Below, piece by piece: positions 50,662 to 62,729 of a stretch of 64,000 nt of DNA (its first letter is position 1; each line of letters opens with the position of its first letter). The notes under the pieces are model-generated. The model did not search any database and was not told the DNA's origin. It saw only the letters and a list, made by a program, of their open reading frames with translations. The stretch is taken from the NCBI GenBank assembly GCA_963833125.1, contig CAWHWX010000018.1:1-64000 (forward strand). Reading direction: 5' to 3'. The position numbers and the translations under genes were made by a program. Source of the stretch: Candidatus Bathyarchaeota archaeon (GTDB lineage Archaea > Thermoproteota > Bathyarchaeia > 40CM-2-53-6).

Positions 50662-53071
50662 ATGCTTCCAGCGACGGAGACCGTTCAGAAGCGTTGGATC
50701 GGCCGTAGACTGAGCAGAAAGGAAGATGCGCGTTTCATAACAGGGAGTGGGACTTACATTGATGACATCACCCTCCCCCACATGCTCTATGCATGCATCC
50801 TCAGGAGCCCGTATTCACACGCTACGATAAGGAGTGTCAAAACGGAGGAGGCTTTGGGACTTGATGGCGTCGTGGCGACATTGACGGGCAAAGAGGTGGC
50901 TGAAATGACTCGCCCATTTTCTCAGGTACTGGAGCCACCAGGTTCGAAGATACTGGATTACTGCATGGCCGTTGGAAAGATCCGTTTCGCAGGGGAGCCG
51001 GTGGCTGCCGTAGCTGCTCAGGATAGATACCTCGCTGAAGATGCGCTTGAGTTCATCGAAGTCGATTATGACCCCTTGGAACCAGTTGTGGATCCGGAGA
51101 GGGCGATGCTCGATGGTTCAACTTTGGTGCACGAGGAAGCCGGAACGAACGCTGTTTTTCACAAACTCTTTCACTTCGGGAAGGTTGAGGATGCCTTTCT
51201 AGAGGCGGATTTTGTGTTGAAGGAGAAATTTCACTTCAACAGATTCAGCTCATTCCCACTAGAGACGAATGCGATCATCGCAAGCTACGACAAAGCGTCT
51301 GAAACCCTTACGGTTTGGACAAACAACAATATGCCGATGTATTCGATAACCGATGTAGCATCCGCGTTGAAACTTCCATCTAACAAGATTAGGATAATCA
51401 GTCCGGATAGTGGAGGAAGCTTCGGGATTAAGATAAACAACTATCCATATGCAGTGCTTGTAAGTCTTCTTTCCATGAAATCTGGAAGACCCGTTAAATG
51501 GATAGAAGACAGAAGCGAGCACATGAGGGCTGCAGGCCACGCGAATGAACGAATCTTCTCCGCTGAAGTGGCAGCGAAGAATGACGGGCAAGTCTTGGGT
51601 CTTCGAGTGCGAAGCATAGACGACGAGGGAGCGTACTTTAGGTACGAACCCGCGGGACTTATCCTCCCAATTGACGTAGCTGGGGGATGCTACCAGTTCA
51701 AGGGAATAGAGCTTGACACCTATGGGGTTTTGACGAACAAGTGTCCCGTCGCTCCGAATAGGGGTTACGGACGAATGCAACACTTCTTCATGCTTGAGAG
51801 AATGATAGATCTCGTAGCCACGAAGCTACGAATGGACCCTGTGGACGTCAGGCTCAAGAACTACATTCCCCCTCAGGCCATGCCTTACAGGACCGTGAGA
51901 CGGAAGTCTCTATGATAGTGGCGATTACGAGCGATCACTGAAGATTGCCTTGCGAATGGTTGATTATGAACGTATACGAAAAGAACAACCAGCAAACTGG
52001 AGAGCCGGCAAGTACATCGGGGTAGGTATTGCAAATACTCTTGATTCGGCCACAACGAATTTCGCGCGAGTAAGACTGGCGAACTCAAGTATACGTTCAT
52101 CTGGATCTAGTGAAGGTGCTAGAATAAGTATTGACGATATGGGGAAGGTTACAGTAGCAATAGGTCCACATGCCTCTGGACAGGGATATGAAACATCATG
52201 CGCTATGGTCGTCGCCGATGAACTCGGGATCAACCCTGATGACGTTAATGTGGTGCCAGTTTTTGATTCGTTTCTCAATCCTTACACCTCCCAATCGGGA
52301 AGTTATGCAAGTCGTTTCGTTGTCATGGGAATAGGTGCTGTCCTCGGTGCCTTGAAGAAAATGAAAACGAAGCTGCTCAGAATCGCTTCACACGTTCTTG
52401 CGGCGCGGGTGGAAGACCTTGAGTTCAAGAACGGGGGCATATACATTCGTGGTTCGGAAAAACATGTCTCCTTAGCTGACATCGGAAACCTCGCATACCA
52501 AAATGTGCTGGAACTTCCTGAAGATGTAGAACCCGGCTTACTTGAGACATACTTCTACAAGGCTGATTTCGGCCTTCCAAGCAGCAGGGGGGGGAACTTT
52601 ATGATGACTTATTCCTCTCAAGTTCATGTGGCGGTTGTCGAAGTCGATTTAGAAACCGGCGAGGTCAGCATTCTCAAATATGCGATCGTTGATGACTGCG
52701 GAACTGTCATAAATCCACTCTCGATGGAGGGGCAACTGCAGGGAGCTGCTGCCCACGGGATAGGGGCATCTCTTTACGAAGAGTTCAGGTACGATGAATC
52801 GGGGCAGCTAATTACTTCTACCCTCATGGATTACCTCGCTCCAACTGCATGCGAGTTACCCAACATAGAGATTGAACACGTTGTGACACCCTCCCCTAGA
52901 ACGAAACTCGGCCAGAAGGGTATGGGCGAGGGTGGTGGTGCTCCGGTGCCTGCTATCGCGAACGCAGTTGACGATGCGTTGCGGCCCTTCCGCGTTAAGA
53001 TCGTCGATTCACATATTACCCCAGAGCAGCTGTTCTGGCTGGCAAAGAACGCTCCTCGGTCGCCTGTCTAG
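50662..53071 (+). CDS. Xanthine dehydrogenase family molybdopterin-binding subunit (frameshift near 51900)
   Basis: RKEDARFITG, GGSFGIK, PNRGYG, GQGYET, DDCG..INP, GQ..G, KGMGEGG. Lacks the AYxCSFR motif of true CO dehydrogenase. Confidence 0.92.
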
Positions 53072-53160
53072 GTCGGCTCATCATTCTCGTCTGCCGCCTG
53101 GATAGTTGCAAAACAGCTGCTTGGTATAAGTGTCAGTAGTTCCAACTTTCGTAACTAAGC

Positions 53161-54120
53161 TTACCTTTTCAGAAAAGAGGGAATTATTTCGTTTGCGAAG
53201 ACATCTAACTCCGCCGGATTTAGAGTGGTCGTGATGAAGATTATATCATTCACACCTGCTTCCACATACTTTCTCAACTTTGCTACACCTTCGGCTGGGT
53301 CTCCCACGACAGCCCCCCGGGTCTTAAGCGCTTCATCGAGGGGCAATTTGTAGTACTTAGTAAGAAAAAGTTCAGCCTCCTTCTTCGCCTTCTCCGCACT
53401 GCTGTCAATATGTGTAAAGAGTTGTACCGCGAATCTGAAATCCTGAAGGTTTCTGGAATTTTCCGTTGCGATTGAGTTAATCTGTTCGAGATTTTGTTTA
53501 CAAAGTTCGGGCGTATGATTGTATGAGCCGATATAACCATCTCCCTTTAATGCTGCTAATCTCATGGCAGAGTTCGAGTATCCTCCTATCCAAATCGGAA
53601 CATGAGGTTTCTGGATGGGTTTGGGCTCCATCACTGCACCTTCGAATTTGAAATATCTGCCGGCGAATGATGCTGGGGACTTGGTCCAAAGTTCGTTAAG
53701 AGCTACGATCCCTTCATAGAGTCTCTCCGATCTTTCTTTTGGGTCAATCTTCCACACGTCGAAGTTCTCAACACCGCCACCTATCGCAACGCCGAGATCT
53801 ATTCTGCCTTTAGTCATGTAATCAATTGAGGCTATCTGCTTCGCCAACACGAAAAGATTTCTCACTGGCAGCATCAACACGCCGGTCCCTAACCTAATCG
53901 AGGTGGTTACCGCACCGAGCGCTGCCAGAATCGTCAGCGATTCCAGAATTCTATGCGGGAATATTACGTGATCAAAAACCCATGCTGTCTCTAGGCCAAG
54001 TCTTTCCGCACGTCTGACAAATTCCAACACTGTGTCAGGAATGGGCATATCTGCCCCTCGCGTTGACGTTGGAATCAATATTCCGAATCTCAATCTTTTG
54101 TTCTCATTGGCCATCGTCAT
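53161..54120 (-). CDS. LLM-class flavin/F420-dependent oxidoreductase
   Basis: WVFDH, IRLGTGVL, GRIDLGV, PKPIQKPH.PIWIGG. Confidence 0.88.
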   Translation of the reverse strand: MTMANENKRLRFGILIPTSTRGADMPIPDTVLEFVRRAERLGLETAWVFDHVIFPHRILESLTILAALGAVTTSIRLGTGVLMLPVRNLFVLAKQIASIDYMTKGRIDLGVAIGGGVENFDVWKIDPKERSERLYEGIVALNELWTKSPASFAGRYFKFEGAVMEPKPIQKPHVPIWIGGYSNSAMRLAALKGDGYIGSYNHTPELCKQNLEQINSIATENSRNLQDFRFAVQLFTHIDSSAEKAKKEAELFLTKYYKLPLDEALKTRGAVVGDPAEGVAKLRKYVEAGVNDIIFITTTLNPAELDVFANEIIPSFLKR

Positions 54121-54303
54121 TGTTCACACCTTTCTGAATCGTGCAGTCCGCATTAACTCCATCCCAAGATTCAAGAAAAGGGGATCGTCACCTCAATATC
54201 ACTTCTTACAGTATAAGCATTAACAATTCTGACGACGCTATCAAACGAATTGTCCTTTTTCCTTGACACCACACAATCTTAAACCTCGAGGAACAGGATA
54301 ATC

Positions 54304-54309
54304 TTATAA
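54304..54309 (+). promoter_or_regulatory. Putative TATA box of proC
   Basis: TTATAA about 25-30 nt before ATG 54334. Confidence 0.45.
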
Positions 54310-54333
54310 CGCTACTGTCTTTTACATTCTCAA

Positions 54334-55155
54334 ATGGGAACTCGACAGATGTCAAAGGATTTGACTGTAGCCTTCATAGGCTCCGGAAATCTTGGCGTGT
54401 CCATGATCCAGGGTCTGCTCAATAAGGGCACTTACAATATCATCGCGACGGACGTAAACGAACAACGACTGGAGCCCCTCAAGAAACTTGGCGTACTTAC
54501 CTGTTCAGACAATGAGAGGGCAATCGCGCAGTCGAAGGTCATACTGCTTTGCACAACGCCGTTGCAAATGAAATCCTTGTTGCCAACCATTTCAAAATTA
54601 GTCAAGGGGAAGATAATAATTTCAGTTGCAGCTGGAATAGCCATAAGTTACCTTGAAAAAAACCTGCCCGGCGCAGCGATCATGAGAGCTATGCCGACGA
54701 TCGGGGGTCCCGTTAACGAATCAACTATGGGTTTTGCAGCAGGGGCTTCTGCAAGCCCGCCTGATGTGGAAACCTCGTTGCGTATTCTGAACGATATCGG
54801 GAAAACTTTCGAAGTTGATGACTCTCTGATCGATTATGTCACTGCCGTAAGTGCGAGCGGAATTGCGTTCATCTTCGATTGCTTCGATGGACTTGCATCT
54901 GGGGGTGTGAAAGTCGGTCTGAAACGAGATCTCGCTGTAAAATTAGTAGCGCACACCGCCCTAGGCGCATCTAAACTCATTTTAGAGCAAGGGAAAGAGC
55001 CCTCAGAACTCAAGAATTTCGTCACTACGGCCGGAGGAACCACAATTGCTGGCCTTTACGAGATGGAGAAACAAGGTGTGAGGTATGGATTGATGGCGGC
55101 GGTTGAAGCTGCCGCAAAGAGAGCGAAGGAGTTAACCGCCAGTCTAGCTAACTAG
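54334..55155 (+). CDS. proC: Pyrroline-5-carboxylate reductase
   Basis: FIGSGNLG, ISVAAG, RAMP, TAVSASG, VTTAGGTTIAGL. Confidence 0.88.
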   Translation: MGTRQMSKDLTVAFIGSGNLGVSMIQGLLNKGTYNIIATDVNEQRLEPLKKLGVLTCSDNERAIAQSKVILLCTTPLQMKSLLPTISKLVKGKIIISVAAGIAISYLEKNLPGAAIMRAMPTIGGPVNESTMGFAAGASASPPDVETSLRILNDIGKTFEVDDSLIDYVTAVSASGIAFIFDCFDGLASGGVKVGLKRDLAVKLVAHTALGASKLILEQGKEPSELKNFVTTAGGTTIAGLYEMEKQGVRYGLMAAVEAAAKRAKELTASLAN

Positions 55156-55306
55156 CCTGCTTCCCTGAGAATTCCGTCGAATCTTAACTGTAAGCCCATC
55201 ACAGTTCTTAATCGTTAACGAGACGGGTTCATTCGAACGAGAGAGATCAAGTTACCACGACAACAAGCATCAAACTCCCTTAATCAAACTTTGCCTTTGA
55301 AATCAT

Positions 55307-57400
55307 CTAATTGGCGGTGATCAGTAGCTCTCCATATTTCAGAACCTCTGCCTGGTATTCAGGATGAATTACTGTCGTGGAGTCGAAGTCCTCTACGATG
55401 GCTGGCCCTCTAACAACAGTTCCCCTGGAGAGCTTAGGGCGAAGATAGCACGGGGTATCTACGAAACCATCAGTTTCGGTGAAGTAGACCTTTCTGTTGT
55501 GAATCAGCGCATTTGCAAGGTTTGATTCACCCATCAGTAGCTCTGTCAGCTTCGGTTTTGCGAGCTTTCCGACAGCGCTCACCCTTATGTTCACCAACTC
55601 AACTGGTTCTTGGCGTGCAGCGTGTCCATAAGACCGTTCATGTGCTTCATGGAATCTACCTGTAATGATCTCCCTGTCAATAGTTTTCAAATCTCCTCCG
55701 GGTATTGGTATGACAAGTTCGTAAGACTGTCCAATATAGCGCATGTCCAGTGCTCTTATGAAAGTCATGTTTTCCTCCGCAACCTCTTCACGTCGAAGCA
55801 GTTCTCTTCCCTCGTCTTCCAACTCTCTGAATCGTTTTGTGAGGTTGTTGAGGTCGAGAGCTGCGAATTCTGCTACGTACGTTCTGACATAGTCATGCTT
55901 CAAGTCTGTCATCAGGAGACCCATTGCTGAAAAGAGGCCGGGGTTAGTAGGCACAATCAGCCTTGGTATTCTGAACTCAGAGCGCGAGGGCGTTCGCATG
56001 CATCGGCCCCGCACCTCCATAGGCAATCAACACGAAATCTCGAGGGTCGTACCCTCGTTCGACCGAAGCGCGAGACGAATTGATCGCTGCATATTGGCAT
56101 TTGCAATATCAATTATGCCTTTCGCCGCTGCTACTACATCACCCTCTACGGCCGAGGCACATCTTCGGGCGATGGCTTTCATTGCTATTGAGGAGTACAG
56201 TCTTATTTCTCCACCGAGAAAATATTCTGGGTCGATTCTTCCCAAGACAAGGTTAGCGTCAGTGACTGTTGGCTCTGATCCGCCTTTGTCATAACACGCG
56301 GGCCCAGGTGAAGCGCCAGCACTCTGAGGTCCGACTCTAATTATTCCTCCTGAATCAATCCATGCGATGCTTCCACCTCCTGCACCAATTTCGACGAGGT
56401 CGATTACCGGTATCTTCAGAGGATATCCCGACCCCTTTGTGGAACCTAATTCGTTGGTCGCCATCGCCCCCACCTCGTAAGTTGACACGATTTTCGGTTC
56501 TCCCTTCTCTATCAATCCAACTTTGGCAGTTGTACCACCCATGTCAAACGAAATGACATCGTCGAATTCCAAGAGTTTCCCCATGGTCGACGCGGCGATG
56601 ACACCTGCTGCAGGCCCAGATTCGATCATATAGACTGGTCTCTTCTTCGCCGTTGCGGCAGTCATTAGTCCGCCGTTTGATTGCATGACGTATATTTCCG
56701 ATTTGATCCCCAGGGTTGAGAGCCTCGTCTCCAGGCGATCAAGATACTTTGCGACGATCGGCATGATCACCGTGTTGACTACCGCGGTACTCGCTCTGAA
56801 ATACTCTCGGAATTGAGGTGCTATCTCGGATGAAATAGTGACATAAAGGCTTGGGTTCTCCTTCGATATTATTCTGGCAATCTGTTTTTCGTGTTCCGGG
56901 TTCAGATATGAATGAAGAAGACAGATCGCTGCGCTGTCGAAACCTTCGTTCTTGATCTGTTGTGCCAATGCCTCAACCTGTGAATCATCTATCTCCTTCA
57001 GGACGTTACCTTCCGGCGAAATGCGTTCGGATACTTCGTAACAAAAGCGTCGTTCGATGAAGGGTGTTGGTTTGTCAAAGAAGATGTCGTAGAGCTTGGG
57101 TCTTATCTGCCTCTGAATCTCGAGGAGGTCTTTGAAACCCGAGGTCGTGATGAATGCTCCTTTGGCAACTTTACCTTCGATTACCGCGTTGGTTGCAACT
57201 GTGCTAGCGTGAACGATTTGCGTTATGTCTTTGCCTTCAGCGTGAGGAGTGACGTGGTTTACTGCCTCCAAGAATCCCATTGAGAAGTCAGACGGAGTGG
57301 TAGAGACCTTTGATCGAACGATACTTCCGGTCGCCATGTCCATCATTACGGCATCCGTGAAGGTTCCGCCGATATCCACGCCGAGACGGTACTTGGTCAT
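55307..57400 (-). CDS. Hydantoinase/5-oxoprolinase subunit A (frameshifts near 56065 and 55980)
   Basis: [47 protein letters not shown]. Confidence 0.92.
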
Positions 57401-59150
57401 TTCTCGACGCTTCCACCAATAGAACTCCTGAGTTTCTTCGTCTCTTTCTCATCAAGGATTAGAGTTCGTTCGTTTACAACGATACCATATTCGCTTCTAG
57501 CTCGCTTGGTCGAGAGTTTTCCGTTGATAATGTCCGAAAGAACGGCTCGTGGGTCTGCGTTTCAAGCGGGCTGCCGTACCCACCTGCACCGGGTGTTTGC
57601 AGACTGATGATATCTCCAGGTCGGAGCTTGAGCGTGAATTTACCACTCAACTCTTTTTCTCCAGATCGACCAGGATTGAGTATCACTCTCGAAGTCTTTC
57701 CGGCTTTACCCCCGAATAGTCCTTGAGGCGCAAACTTGAAGGTATCTGCAAGAACTGTGACCGTTGGTTCGTGGTCTCTAAACTGATAATCTGCGTCTCA
57801 ATCCCAATCCTCCCCTGAACTTTCCGGTCCCTCAGAGTTTGGTATCAGCTCATACCTGGTGATGAGTACAGGGTATCCTATCTCCATCTCTTCTATTGGA
57901 GAATTCTCAGTGTTATGATGGTGCGCCTGAACCGTGTCGACGCCATCCTTCGTAGATCTCCCTCCGTACCCTCCTGCCAAAGTCTCCATGAAGACGTATG
58001 GTTCCTTATCTCTCGGGTCCACTCCGCCGAAAGCGATATGAAAATAGGTCTTTTTGCCTTCTGCAGCTATTCGTTCGGGTATGAATTGTGAGAAAGCACT
58101 GAACACCGCCTCAGTAGTCTTGCAAGCAACCTCCCAACCTCCCACGACAGGTGCTGGATAGGCACAATTAACAACCAACCCCTTGGGAGCCTTAATTCTT
58201 ACTGCACGATAGAAACCATCATTCACGGGAATATCTGGAGGAACCAGAGCTTTGATTGCATAGCAACAGGCTGAAAACGATTGTGACGAGGTCGAATTCA
58301 TCGGACCTTGAGATTGCGGGTCTGACCCGGTTAGGTCGATTGTTATGTCTGATTGGCCTATTATCAGCTTAACATGTATCTTGATCGGCCTATCGACAAC
58401 GCCGTCATCATCAACGTACGTTTCTGATTCGTAAACACCACTCCGAAATTCACCAATAGCACTTCGTGTCCTTCTTTCTGTGTAGTCATAGAGGTCTTCA
58501 AGCACTACTTTTACTTCATCCAGCCCGAAACGGTCGAGTAGGCCAGTCATCCGCCTTTGAGCAAGCTTGTTCGCTGCAACTTGCGCTCTTAGGTCACCAG
58601 CGAATTCTTTCTTTCCACGAACGTTCGCTAGAATCAACTTAAGCATCTCTTCGTCTAATTCCCCTTTCTTGAGTATCTTGACGCCAGGAAAAATGAGTCC
58701 TTCTTGAAAGATTTCAGTGGTTATTGCCAAACTTCCTGGTGCCCTTCCCCCCACATCTACGTGATGCGCCAGATTTACAACGAATCCGAAGATCTCGTCC
58801 AGATAATAGATTGGCGAGATCAGACTCACGTCGTTTAGGTGAGACATGCCACGATGCGGGTCATTGATCAATACGCCATCTCCAGGTTGTAGGTTCTCGA
58901 CCCCGTATTCCCTGAGGGCGGAGGGTATAGAGAAGACAAGTGAACCGAGGTGGCATGGCTGATTAAATGCCTGAACGATGACTCTCATCTGGTTATCAAA
59001 GAACGCGCATGAGTAATCGAGTCTCGTCTTTATGTTCGTCGAATAGGCAGATCTTGCAAGTGCTGCACTCATTTCATCCGCTGTCGCTTGCAGGGCATTC
59101 CGAATCACTTCAAGCCTTATTGCGTCTGATTTTCTCTCCGTTGTTATCAC
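57397..59150 (-). CDS. Hydantoinase B/5-oxoprolinase subunit B (frameshifts near 57820 and 57560)
   Basis: DYSCA, NDP, HLND, HHVDVGG, EIFQEG, GAGGYG. The last frame ends ...GGSVEK-TGA, overlapping the subunit A ATG. Confidence 0.92.
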
Positions 59151-59184
59151 ATCTCGGAGCAGCCTAACTCGCCAGCTATTTCAC

Positions 59185-59196
59185 TTATATATATAT
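59185..59196. promoter_or_regulatory. TA-rich element in the divergent intergenic region (possible bidirectional TATA)
   Basis: TTATATATATAT between the divergent starts at 59150 and 59202. Confidence 0.45.
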
Positions 59197-59201
59197 TCTC
59201 G

Positions 59202-60389
59202 ATGTCACAACGAAGTTCGAGGTTCACAAGACTGGAAGATCATGCGACTGTCGCAATTATCGGAGGTGGCGTTCAGGGGCTCTCCCTAGCGTATAATCTT
59301 GCAAAACAAGGTATCAACGATGTGGTAGTCCTCGAGAAATCCTACATAGGCAGTGGTGGCTCGGGAAGAAACAGCGGAGGAATCAGGAGTCAGTATGCCA
59401 ACAAAGCCAACATACTGCTTGCAAATGAGAGCTTGAAGATTGCGGAGAAAATATCTGCCGAGCTGAATTACAACATAATGTTTCGGCAGGGCGGATATCT
59501 CTATCTGGCTCGATCTGAGACCCAGATGCAGAACCTCAAGGATGCAGTAGCTGCCCAGAATTCACTTGGGATTGGGACCAGGCTTGTCTCCCCTGAAGAC
59601 ATTCAAGAAGTTGTACCAGACTTGAATACGGAAGGGGTCATCGGCGGGAGTTACAATCACAAGGATGGCATTTCAAGACATGATGCCGTAGTATGGGGAT
59701 ATGCGCGTCAAGCTAAGAAACTAGGGGTGCGAATCCATCAAGAAACTCCAGTTCACAGAATAACGACTGAAAGCGGGAGGGTAAGGTCGGTCCTGACAAG
59801 CCGGGGGGAGTTCTCTGCTGACTGGATTGTAAACGCTGCGGGTGCTCACTCAAAGGATCTAGCTGCAGACGTGGGTGTAAATCTCCCAATCTTTCCAGCG
59901 AAAAGAGAACTGTTTGTAACTGAGTCTGTCGAGCCATTCCTTGATCCACTCGTGGAAGACTTAGACACGATGGCGTACTTCACACAGACGGACAGGGGTG
60001 AGGTACTCGCAGCTACTCATGTGATCAGGGAAGAGGAACCCACCTATGACATGATGTGCACGTTCATGATGCTCGCGAAGACTGCCGAACAGACAATAAT
60101 GTACTTTCCTCGCCTGAGAAATGTGGCGGTGCTAAGACAATGGGCGGGAACCTATGATATCACGCCGGACGGCAGCCCGATACTCGGTGAGGTCGATGAG
60201 GTAGGAGGTTTCATTCAAGCGAACGGTTTCAGTGGCGCCGGGTTCAAACTGTGCTTTGCAGTCGGAAAGTTCTTGGCCGAACTAATAATGACCGGCGAGA
60301 CACCCTCGATCCTTCAACCGTACTCTCTAAACAGATTCAGAGAGGGAAAACTCCTTCTAGAGATGGAGGCAAAGGAGTCGGCCGCATAG
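59202..60389 (+). CDS. FAD-dependent oxidoreductase, sarcosine oxidase beta / dye-linked proline dehydrogenase subunit
   Basis: IIGGGVQG, GSGRNSG, RQWAG.YD.TPD..PILG, GFSGAGF. Confidence 0.9.
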   Translation: MSQRSSRFTRLEDHATVAIIGGGVQGLSLAYNLAKQGINDVVVLEKSYIGSGGSGRNSGGIRSQYANKANILLANESLKIAEKISAELNYNIMFRQGGYLYLARSETQMQNLKDAVAAQNSLGIGTRLVSPEDIQEVVPDLNTEGVIGGSYNHKDGISRHDAVVWGYARQAKKLGVRIHQETPVHRITTESGRVRSVLTSRGEFSADWIVNAAGAHSKDLAADVGVNLPIFPAKRELFVTESVEPFLDPLVEDLDTMAYFTQTDRGEVLAATHVIREEEPTYDMMCTFMMLAKTAEQTIMYFPRLRNVAVLRQWAGTYDITPDGSPILGEVDEVGGFIQANGFSGAGFKLCFAVGKFLAELIMTGETPSILQPYSLNRFREGKLLLEMEAKESAA

Positions 60390-60779
60390 CGGCCTAGATA
60401 ATCTACTAGCCGAAGACCAACTGCGTATCAAGAGGCGTCATGTCGTTCTATTACCGCCCTTCGGAATAGTCCTAACTTGATCTGTCTCAAACTAGATCGG
60501 CCTTGTCAAACATATGATAACATTTTGTCCGTCGTACTCGAATTGAGATTTCTCGTCACACACCACCGGGGACCGCCACCAAGTCTGGCTCATTACTTCC
60601 GTGTAGTTTCAATCGGTCGAGGATTCTCTGTCTTGCACGATCTTTGTCATATCCGACAAGACGATATACTACAAAATGCCCATATCTCCCTCAAGCCGGG
60701 AACTGCCAGATTGCGGAAGCTTGTACAATTGCAGGCAAATAGACCATAATCGCCAGCTTGGTCGCATGGAGCTCAAGAA

Positions 60780-62283
60780 TTGGCTGAGGGTTCACGCATC
60801 AACGATCACCCTTTGCTGGGTATTCAGCGAGGAAAGAAGGTCTCCTTACTTTTCGAGGGCAAGAGAATCGAGGCATATGAAGGCGAGACTGTCGGAGTTG
60901 CGCTCCACGCTTCATGCCAGAGAATCCTCTCAAGGAGTTTCAAGTATCATAGACCTCGCGGTCTGTTCTGCATGACCGGTAATTGTCCCAACTGCACTAT
61001 GGAGGTTGACGGGATCTCAAATGTGAAAACCTGCTTAGAACCTGTGCGAGACGGCATCAGTGTGAAGGGTCAGCACTCTTGGCCAGCTTTGAACAGGGAT
61101 CTAGGGTCGAGCATTGAGATATTTGATTTCCTTTTTCCCGTGGGGTTTCAATATAAACGATTCATTCGTCCTAGGATTATCTGGCCGATAATTGACCGGA
61201 TAATCAGGCGAGCTGCGGGTGTGGGGTCCCTTCCTAGCGAATACGCAGGCCGGAGCCAAGAATGACTACAGAAAGGTCGCCGTTCAAACTGAAATATTGG
61301 TTATTGGCGGAGGGCCCGCAGGCTTATCGGCTGCTCTGGCGGCCTCGAAGTATGATACCAAGGTAATGCTGGTCGAGGAAAGGAAACAATTAGGCGGGAT
61401 GCTAAGGTATCAAACGCATGGATTCGAAGACGTATTTCAGTACAAAGCCAAGAGAGGTTTTCAAATCGCTGATGATATGGCAAGGTCTGTAGAAGGAAAC
61501 AGTCAGATCGACTTGCTTACTGATGCCAAAGTTTTTGGTTACTTTGCCGATGGGATTGTTGGCATCTGGCAGGGTAAGACCCTCTACCGATGCGTTGCAA
61601 GGAACATAATCGTTGCGACGGGAGCATACGAGAGGCCGATGCTATTCACCAACAACGACTTGCCCGGAGTGATTCAATCATCCGCCGTGCAAATTCTCCT
61701 ACACAGGTTCGGCATCAGACCGGGTCAGAGCGTTGTAGTTGCGACTACCAATGATTACGGTTACAGGGTGGCAAGGAACTTAGAGGAGGCTGAAGTACGC
61801 GTCGTTGCGGTTGCTGATTCAAGGGAGTCAAATCCACGCTCGCAGTTACACAAGAGCTTGCTCTCCAAGAATATTCCGATCTTTCAGCCTTTTGTAGTAA
61901 GAGAAGCCAAAGGGGTCAGATGCGTGAGGGAGGTTGTTGTGGAGCCGGTAGTGTCAAGTCGTTCCGAAAGCTCATCTATTGAGCAGCTAAGATGTGATAC
62001 TGTCTGCACCGCTGCAGGTTTTACCCCGGCAGTGGAGATTTTGGCGCAAGCAGGAGCCTCAATCAGTTTGACGTCTAATGGACCAATGCCAAAACACGAC
62101 GAACATATGAGAGTCAAGAAAGGGCTTTACGTCGCTGGAAACGCTGCTGGGATAAAGGACCTATACAATTCGATTCTGGATGGCTGGATAGCAGGATTAA
62201 CATGCGTGGTCGACATTGGCACTCATTCAGATGAAGCAAAGACCGTCAGGGAAGAGTATTTGCAGATGCGGCGGAGTTCGTGA
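60780..62283 (+). CDS. Sarcosine oxidase alpha / proline dehydrogenase alpha-like subunit (2Fe-2S plus FAD/NAD domain; frameshift near 61250)
   Basis: SRSFKYHRPRGLFCMTGNCPNC...TC, IGGGPAG, ATGAYERP..F.NNDLPGV. Confidence 0.88.
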
Positions 62284-62308
62284 GTGATTCATACCGGGTA
62301 AATCGTTC

Positions 62309-62614
62309 TTGTCCAAGAATAAGAAGATCGTCTGTTTTTGCATGGACGTAACGCTGAAGGATGTGGAGGAGGCAATAGAGGAGGGCTACAATCACCTAGA
62401 GGTGTTCAAGCGATACACTACTTGCTTCATGGGTACATGCCAAGGGAAGCAGTGTGGACTCGCTTCGATCCTGCTCTTTTGTAAATACGCCAACAAGGAC
62501 CTGAAGAGCGTGAGTGTGACGACCATGAGACCTCCAGTTTTCCCCGTACCACTCGCGGTGCTGGCCGCACAGGAACCACCAACTCCGATCCAGAATTCTA
62601 GCAAAGTCGATTAG
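62309..62614 (+). CDS. BFD-like [2Fe-2S] protein of the sarcosine oxidase/PDH complex
   Basis: CFCMDVT, KRYT...MGTCQGKQC, RPPVFP. Confidence 0.88.
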   Translation: MSKNKKIVCFCMDVTLKDVEEAIEEGYNHLEVFKRYTTCFMGTCQGKQCGLASILLFCKYANKDLKSVSVTTMRPPVFPVPLAVLAAQEPPTPIQNSSKVD

Positions 62615-62729
62615 ATCAAAGGAACGATGCGCTTAACTTTAAAGCATACGAGATTGAGTGCGAAGTGAATTCGCTTGAATCTTCATACATTGCGAATTAA
62701 CGCTGATAACTTCGAGAGACTGACGACGG

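Noticed and set aside
47703-53071. Aerobic CO dehydrogenase
   Set aside because: The large subunit lacks the AYxCSFR Cu-binding motif.
60390-60779. Possible sarcosine oxidase delta or ferredoxin subunit in the gap
   Set aside because: No frame gives a convincing Cys motif; ORFs 60477 and 60676 look spurious.
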